A DNA stretch of 64,000 nucleotides from contig JAJFGA010000046.1 in the NCBI GenBank assembly GCA_021776375.1, positions 353-64,352 of the forward strand. Reading direction: 5' to 3'. The notes under the pieces are model-generated. The model was not told the origin of the DNA, made no database searches, and saw only the letters and a list, made by a program, of their open reading frames with translations. Below are positions 58,153-64,000 of this stretch, piece by piece. The translations under genes were made by a program, and so were the position numbers. Position 1 is the stretch's first letter; each line of letters opens with the position of its first letter. Origin of the DNA: Hyphococcus sp. (GTDB lineage Bacteria; Pseudomonadota; Alphaproteobacteria; Caulobacterales; Parvularculaceae).

Positions 58153-60570
58153 ATGTTCGCCTGCATGCCTGTCGAAAAAAAACATAGAGCCGGATACGAC
58201 CCCAAGGCCAAGAGGCCGAAAACCCAGCCGACGACGCCGAAGGCCGACGTCAAGCGTGGCGGGTTTTCCGAAGCTGTGGCGCTTTATCATGACCGGCTGG
58301 CAACGCCGCTTGATGAGTGGACGCCGCATCGCCCGGAGCGCCCGAAACATTCAGGCCTTGCCAACCCCTTGCGGGTGGTCGCCGACTATCAGCCGGCGGG
58401 CGACCAACCGGCGGCAATCCATGAGCTGACGGAGGGCCTGCGCAACGACGAATTTGACCAGGTCCTGCTTGGCGCCACCGCCACCGGCAAGACTTTTACC
58501 ATGGCCAAGATCATCGAGGCGACGCAGCGCCCGGCGCTTATCCTTGCGCCCAACAAGACGCTTGCCGCCCAGCTCTATGGCGAGTTCAAGGCGTTCTTTC
58601 CCGACAATGCGGTTGAATATTTTGTTTCCTATTACGACTACTACCAACCCGAGGCCTATGTTCCGCGTACGGACACCTATATCGAAAAAGAAAGCTCTAT
58701 CAACGAACAGATTGACCGTATGCGCCATGCGGCGACGCGCGCGCTGCTGGAACGCGACGATGTGGTGATTGTCGCCTCGGTCAGTTGCATTTACGGCATC
58801 GGTTCGGTCGAGACCTATACGGCGTTGACATTCAAGCTGAAAACCGGCGAGACGATTGAGCGCAAAAAACTCCTAGCCGACCTTGTCGCCCTGCAATATC
58901 GCCGCAATGACAATGCGTTTGCGCGCGGTTGTTTTCGCGCGCGCGGTGATATGATTGAGGTGTTTCCGGCGCACTACGAAGACCGCGCCTGGCGTATTTC
59001 TCTGTTCGGCGACGAGATTGAAGAGATCACCGAGTTCGATCCGCTCACGGGGCAGAAAACCGGCGACCTTGAACAGGTCACGCTCTACGCCAATTCTCAC
59101 TATGTAACGCCGCGCCCGACGCTGAACCAGGCGATGATTGGCATCAAGCAGGAGCTGCAGACGACCTTGCCGATCATGCGCGAGGAAGGTCGCCTGCTTG
59201 AAGCGCAGCGCCTTGAGCAGCGCGTGCAGTTTGATCTTGAGATGATGGCGGCGACGGGCGCCTGCGCCGGGATTGAAAATTATTCCCGCTACCTCACGGG
59301 CCGCAAACCCGGCGAGCCGCCGCCGACGCTGTTTGAATATCTCCCCGAAAACGCGCTGGTGTTTTGCGACGAAAGCCACGTCACCGTGCCGCAGATCGGG
59401 GCGATGTTTCGCGGCGACTTTAACCGCAAGCGCACGCTCGCCGAATATGGCTTCCGCCTGCCCTCCTGCATGGACAACCGGCCGCTTAAATTTGAAGAGT
59501 GGGAAAAGATGCGCCCACAGACGGTGCATTTTTCCGCCACGCCCGGCGCATGGGAGCTAAACCAGACCGGCGGCGTCTTCACTGAACAGGTGATCCGCCC
59601 CACCGGCCTGGTCGACCCGGAAGTTGAAATCCGCCCGGTGACGGGGGACAAACAAAACCAGGTCGATGATGTGATCGCCGAATGCAAGGCGATTGCGAAA
59701 GAGGGCGGACGGGTTTTGGTCACCACGCTCACCAAGCGCATGGCCGAGGACCTTACCGAATATATGCACGAACAGGGCGTTAAGGTGCGCTACATGCATT
59801 CCGACATTGACACGCTGGAGCGCATCGAGATCATCCGCGACTTGCGTCTTGGCGCGTTTGACGTGCTGGTGGGGATCAACCTCCTGCGCGAGGGGCTCGA
59901 CATTCCTGAATGCCGTCTGGTCGCCATCCTCGACGCTGACAAGGAAGGCTTCCTGCGCTCGGAGACCTCACTGATCCAGACCATCGGCCGCGCCGCACGC
60001 AATGTTGACGGCCGGGTTATTCTCTATGCGGATCGCATCACCGGATCCATGGAGCGGGCGATCGGCGAGACCGACCGGCGGCGCGAGAAACAACTCGCCC
60101 ACAACAAAGCCCATAACATCACGCCCGAAAGCACCAAGGCCGCCATCGCCGACATCGCCAGCTCAAACGACGAAGGCAAAAAAGCCGCCGCCGGGCAGAC
60201 CTTTGTTGGTCACAGAGGGGTGCGGGCGGCGAAACCGGGCGCGGCTGGCTTCGCCGAAGACGTCGCCGAGTTTATGGAGCCCGGCCACAACCTCAAAAAA
60301 CACCTCGACGCCCTCGAAAAACAAATGCGCGACGCCGCCGCGAACCTGGAGTTCGAAGAAGCCGGGCGGATTCGCGATGAGATCAGAAGGCTGCAAGAGG
60401 TCGAGCTGGCGGTGGCGGATGACCCGCTGGCAAGGCAGTCGGTGATTGATGCGCGGGTTGAGGTGGCGAGCAGCCCGTCCGCGAAGGCGGGCAAATCAAA
60501 CAACCCCCGGATTAAAAAGAGCGAGGGGACGGTAAGTAATGTGCGGAGTAAGCCGAAACGGAAGAAATAG
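58153..60570 (+). CDS. uvrB: Excinuclease ABC subunit B
   Basis: [48 protein letters not shown] domain. Confidence 0.98.
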   Translation: MFACMPVEKKHRAGYDPKAKRPKTQPTTPKADVKRGGFSEAVALYHDRLATPLDEWTPHRPERPKHSGLANPLRVVADYQPAGDQPAAIHELTEGLRNDEFDQVLLGATATGKTFTMAKIIEATQRPALILAPNKTLAAQLYGEFKAFFPDNAVEYFVSYYDYYQPEAYVPRTDTYIEKESSINEQIDRMRHAATRALLERDDVVIVASVSCIYGIGSVETYTALTFKLKTGETIERKKLLADLVALQYRRNDNAFARGCFRARGDMIEVFPAHYEDRAWRISLFGDEIEEITEFDPLTGQKTGDLEQVTLYANSHYVTPRPTLNQAMIGIKQELQTTLPIMREEGRLLEAQRLEQRVQFDLEMMAATGACAGIENYSRYLTGRKPGEPPPTLFEYLPENALVFCDESHVTVPQIGAMFRGDFNRKRTLAEYGFRLPSCMDNRPLKFEEWEKMRPQTVHFSATPGAWELNQTGGVFTEQVIRPTGLVDPEVEIRPVTGDKQNQVDDVIAECKAIAKEGGRVLVTTLTKRMAEDLTEYMHEQGVKVRYMHSDIDTLERIEIIRDLRLGAFDVLVGINLLREGLDIPECRLVAILDADKEGFLRSETSLIQTIGRAARNVDGRVILYADRITGSMERAIGETDRRREKQLAHNKAHNITPESTKAAIADIASSNDEGKKAAAGQTFVGHRGVRAAKPGAAGFAEDVAEFMEPGHNLKKHLDALEKQMRDAAANLEFEEAGRIRDEIRRLQEVELAVADDPLARQSVIDARVEVASSPSAKAGKSNNPRIKKSEGTVSNVRSKPKRKK

Positions 60571-60611
60571 CGGAAACGACGCGAGTGATCCGCTGCGGAA
60601 AGGACCTCACC

Positions 60612-61247
60612 ATGAAAAATAATCACGACGCGATTAGTCTTGAACGTAATAGCGAGTTTGTCGATCCCGACCCCGTGACGTGGTTCATGGCCGTTTGTAC
60701 GGGAATCAGTGCGATGGGCGCCCTCCATCAAATGATCACAGAACGACGATCCTCCGCACCCACGCGAAGTACTTTGGTCGGCGGCAATGCGGACCTGGCT
60801 CTCACACAACTACGCCAACTAGAAGATGCGGTAACAGACATACTTGTCTCGACGCGGCGAATAAGAGAGTTGATGGATCAAGCTGATTTTAGGATGGAGC
60901 AGAATCAACGAGATATTATCCCTTTTCGGTTTGGTCAAATGGTAGATGGCTTCACTCCATCAGATCTAACCTATCTGAAGGACCAGATTTCAAGCATTTT
61001 GAAACGCGTTACTGAAATCAATATCCGATCAAAAGTCCTGGCGGAATCGTTCGCCTCCTCCGAAATCCCGCAAGAAGCCGAATTCCTTGAATCACTGGGG
61101 GGCACTTTTGGTGAACTAAATGACATATTCTTTTCGGGTGAGTATTCGATTCAGGCTGCTGAATATAGAGTGATTGAAATTTTGGAGCGGATCATTCGAA
61201 GCATCGAGGGCATGAGAAAAGCAATACAACAACGTGGTGGGAAATAA
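60612..61247 (+). CDS. Hypothetical helical protein (orphan, AT-richer)
   Basis: Long ORF with an AAGGA RBS; N-terminal DPVTWF..hydrophobic helix. Confidence 0.65.
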   Translation: MKNNHDAISLERNSEFVDPDPVTWFMAVCTGISAMGALHQMITERRSSAPTRSTLVGGNADLALTQLRQLEDAVTDILVSTRRIRELMDQADFRMEQNQRDIIPFRFGQMVDGFTPSDLTYLKDQISSILKRVTEINIRSKVLAESFASSEIPQEAEFLESLGGTFGELNDIFFSGEYSIQAAEYRVIEILERIIRSIEGMRKAIQQRGGK

Positions 61248-61323
61248 GAAGCAAGTAGGGTGAATTAAGCGAAGCGCAATGCACCGCTTGACTAGACACT
61301 CAACCATCATTTCCCACAGAGAA

Positions 61324-61469
61324 CCCCCTCCGGCGGCTTCGCCGCCACCTCCCCCGTGAACGGGGGAGGAATAGGTTGAGCTTGTGGCTGGCTTTTTCTT
61401 CCCCAAATATTTCAGTTTGCGCGCCTTCGCGCGCTTGCGGGGGAAGTAGCTGCGTAGCGGTCGATGGGG
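61324..61469. repeat. REP doublet (REPIN-like), left copy
   Basis: CCCCCTCCGGC..GCCACCTCCCCCGTGAACGGGGGAGGAA...GCGGGGGAAGT..GCGGTCGATGGGG. Confidence 0.8.
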
Positions 61470-61847
61470 CTACTGCTGGGAGCTCTCCACTTGCTTGGCG
61501 CGCACCGAATTCATCGCGGCATCGAGAATGGCTTCTAATACGCCATCAATATTCTCATACACCTCATTGTTCCAAAATCGCAGAACCTCAAACCCTTCCG
61601 CAATTAAATACGCATCGCGTTTCTCATCCCGTTTGGGCGCATCGCCGAGTGCGTGCTGATCACCGTCAAGCTCAATCACAAGCTTGGCTTCAAGACATGC
61701 AAAATCAGCAATGTAAGGACCTATCGTGTGCTGACGACGAAAGCGGAAACCACCGAGCTCGCTACGGCGAATGAAATACCATAAGCGTTGCTCCGCTTCC
61801 GGCATGTCCTTGCGGAGCTTGCGCGCACTGGGATGAGGTTTTCTCAT
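61470..61847 (-). CDS. DUF559 (Vsr-like) endonuclease domain protein
   Basis: ARKLRK..PEAEQRLW, FRRQH.IGPYIADF, LVIELDGDQH, RD..L...GFEVLRFWN. Confidence 0.93.
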   Translation of the reverse strand: MRKPHPSARKLRKDMPEAEQRLWYFIRRSELGGFRFRRQHTIGPYIADFACLEAKLVIELDGDQHALGDAPKRDEKRDAYLIAEGFEVLRFWNNEVYENIDGVLEAILDAAMNSVRAKQVESSQQ

Positions 61848-61860
61848 ACGCTGAGGGTAG

Positions 61861-61978
61861 CCCCCTCCGGCCCTTCGGGCCACCTCCCCCGTAAACGGAG
61901 GAGGAAAAGGTTGAGCTTATTGCAAGTTTGTACTTCCCCCGCTTGCGGGGGAAGTGGCCGCGAAGCGGTCGATGGGGG
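61861..61978. repeat. REP doublet (REPIN-like), right copy
   Basis: Direct-repeat homolog of 61324-61469. Confidence 0.8.
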
Positions 61979-62023
61979 CCTTCCAACCCAAAAACATGCG
62001 TTGCGCTGAACTTAGCCCCCCCC

Positions 62024-62395
62024 TCAAACAGCCCCAACCACCAACGCAACCGCAGCAATCGTCAGCAACACATTGCCCACATGCACACGGCGCAGGCCCC
62101 ATAGGTTGCCCACGGCCGAGAGGCCGTATAGCGCTGCGCCGTAAACAGTGAAGAACATTGGCGGGGTGGTTCCATGATAGACGAAGCCGAAGGTCATGAT
62201 TGCGGTCAGCGCCCAGGCGAGCGATGGCAGGTGAAAGACTGCGCGCAGGACCCGGCGGGTTGCGGCTGGCGCGAGCACGCCCTCGTCTTTGCGCTCGAGG
62301 ATGAGCGGGCGCAAAATTATTGTCTCGCCTAGCCAGCTATGGCCGAAGGCGGTGGCGACGCCGGCGAGCGACGATATCAGGAGGGCTGTGTTCAT
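62024..62395 (-). CDS. Hypothetical membrane protein
   Basis: Four hydrophobic segments, GHSWLGE motif. Confidence 0.7.
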   Translation of the reverse strand: MNTALLISSLAGVATAFGHSWLGETIILRPLILERKDEGVLAPAATRRVLRAVFHLPSLAWALTAIMTFGFVYHGTTPPMFFTVYGAALYGLSAVGNLWGLRRVHVGNVLLTIAAVALVVGAV

Positions 62396-62573
62396 GCTGG
62401 CGATGATGGCCCGGCGGCGGCGTTAGCGGCTATTCTTTTGAGCGCGACATTTCGCCTAGTCTCGCCGAGCCGTTTAATCACCGGGCGACGCCGAGCGAAC
62501 AATCGCCTACGCCCACGTGCATTTTGTGCGTTGACGTACTATATTTCACCCAACCGGATTTCCTTCCGCAACC

Positions 62574-63098
62574 ATGGAGCGGGCGATGGCTTATGTGAAC
62601 AAGACGCTGGCGCCGGACGAGGATTATCTCTACCGCGCGCATTTCAACTGGACCTATGATTTCCGAAGCTGGTTTTGGTTGGCGCTGGGCGCTCTACCCG
62701 CAGCATTTTGGCTTGGTGCGTTGATCGCCGGCGGTCAGCCGCCGGCGTTTGGCAAGAGCTTCGCCATCCTTGGCGGCGTAGCGTTCGCCTCCGGTCTGAT
62801 CATTTTTACCCTGCGTTACGTTCATCGCTGGACCACGGTTATCGCCGTGACTTCCGTGCGCCTGATCTTGAAGACCGGGCTTATCTCTCGCAACGCTCAT
62901 GAAGTCAGCCTCGACAAGATCGAGGAAATTCTGGTGCATCAGAGCTTTCTCGGCCGAATACTCGGCTATGGCGCGCTGACCATTCGCGGCACCGGGATCG
63001 CCGTCATCAGCTTTCCGATCCTTGGCGAGCCGCTGCATGTGCGCCGTGAGATCGAGACCGCGATTGTGCGGGCCCGATCGGGAAAAGTTTCGGGATAG
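62574..63098 (+). CDS. Bacterial PH domain membrane protein
   Basis: YVNKTL..DE, AVTSVRLI.KTGLI, QSFLGRILGYG. Confidence 0.85.
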   Translation: MERAMAYVNKTLAPDEDYLYRAHFNWTYDFRSWFWLALGALPAAFWLGALIAGGQPPAFGKSFAILGGVAFASGLIIFTLRYVHRWTTVIAVTSVRLILKTGLISRNAHEVSLDKIEEILVHQSFLGRILGYGALTIRGTGIAVISFPILGEPLHVRREIETAIVRARSGKVSG

Positions 63099-63131
63099 AC
63101 GCCGCGCGCAAGCCGCGTTAGATGAGCGCCC

Positions 63132-64000
63132 ATGACTACACTAACTGCTTTTTGGGATCAGGTCGTCGCCGTATGGCAGATGAGCCTTATGGGCGTGCGC
63201 GTTGACCGGGTGGTTATCGCCGCTGGAATTTTGGCCGTCTTCATCTTGCTGCGCGGCGTCGTCGCGCATGTGATTGTCGGCTCGCTGAAGCGGCTCGCCA
63301 AACGCACATCGACACAGATGGACGACCTTGTGCTCGACGCGCTGGAGCAACCTTTAACCTTCGTGCCAATTGCGTTCGGCGTCTTTCTCGCCGCGCGCAT
63401 GCTGGGGCTGGAGGGAACGGCAGCGACTGCAGCAACCAAGCTCAATCAGACCCTCATCGCCTTGACGATTTTCTGGGGGCTTTACCGCCTCGTCGATCCG
63501 TTCGGCTACGTGTTGCGGCCTTTGGAGCAGGTCTTCACCAACACGCTGATCGAGTGGGTGCGCAAGGCGTTGAAAGGGTTTTTCGTCTTTGTCGGCGCGG
63601 TCGCTGTGCTCACGATCTGGGGCATTCCGGTGATGCCCGTGCTGGCCAGCCTGTCGCTGTTATCGGTCGCGGTGGCGCTGGGCGCGCAGGATTTTTTCAA
63701 AAACCTGATTGGCGGCTTGCTGATTATCGCCGAGCGGCGGTTCAAACCCGGCGACTGGATTTTGGTTGACGGCGTGGTTGAGGGAACGGTGCAGACAATA
63801 AACTTTCGCTCAACTTCTGTGCGCCGGTTTGACAAGGCGCTGGTCAATGTACCGAACGCAAAACTTTCCGACAGCGCCGTCACTAACTATTCCGAAATGA
63901 CGCATCGGCGGATATATTGGAAGATCGGCGTTGAATATCGCACCAGCGCGGACCAGCTGCGCCAGATCCGCGACGGGATTGAGGCCTATATTCTGGGTAG
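63132..64000 (+). CDS. MscS family mechanosensitive channel (partial, runs off the window)
   Basis: Translated by eye: ALGAQDFFKNLIGG, RRFKPGDWI, EGTVQTINFRSTSVRRFDKALVNVPN. Confidence 0.9.
   Translation, partial: MTTLTAFWDQVVAVWQMSLMGVRVDRVVIAAGILAVFILLRGVVAHVIVGSLKRLAKRTSTQMDDLVLDALEQPLTFVPIAFGVFLAARMLGLEGTAATAATKLNQTLIALTIFWGLYRLVDPFGYVLRPLEQVFTNTLIEWVRKALKGFFVFVGAVAVLTIWGIPVMPVLASLSLLSVAVALGAQDFFKNLIGGLLIIAERRFKPGDWILVDGVVEGTVQTINFRSTSVRRFDKALVNVPNAKLSDSAVTNYSEMTHRRIYWKIGVEYRTSADQLRQIRDGIEAYILG

Overview
Alphaproteobacterial chromosomal window (DUF1476 zeta subunit, SO2930-type module, Rhizobiales/Caulobacterales-style palindromic repeats; Parvularculaceae-like is a guess). Bases ~1-20880 are a visibly more AT-rich genomic island inserted at the 3' end of a tRNA-Gly(TCC) (20903-20976, minus), with a tyrosine integrase next to the tRNA; the far end of the island is outside the window. 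The island is a string of unrelated modules: (i) a four-gene ubiquitin-like conjugation operon (triple-Ubl, E2, JAB, E1) lacking the usual catalytic cysteines, divergent from an Xre/MbcA-RES pair; (ii) a small-molecule operon (class III aminotransferase, GNAT, TyrH/LmbB2-like heme oxygenase, aldo-keto reductase, glycosyltransferases) cut off upstream by an IS66 relic; (iii) an SRPBCC gene; (iv) a captured uvrB 3' fragment and a secreted histidine-phosphatase-like gene; (v) two lipoproteins plus a metzincin protease. Module junctions carry degenerate ~30-bp palindromes, often at ~46-bp spacing. A ~300-bp direct repeat with a 12-7-12 palindrome and integrase-arm-like triplets also recurs. Together these suggest a cassette-accreting recombination system (inference). 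Bases 21100-64000 are mostly core genes (fatty-acid/redox enzymes, TRAP transporter, htpX/lemA, purC/S/Q, shc, matB, ECF41, uvrB, mscS), with REP-like repeats and a DUF559 nuclease flanked by REP doublets. All family calls come from motif recognition by eye, not database searches.
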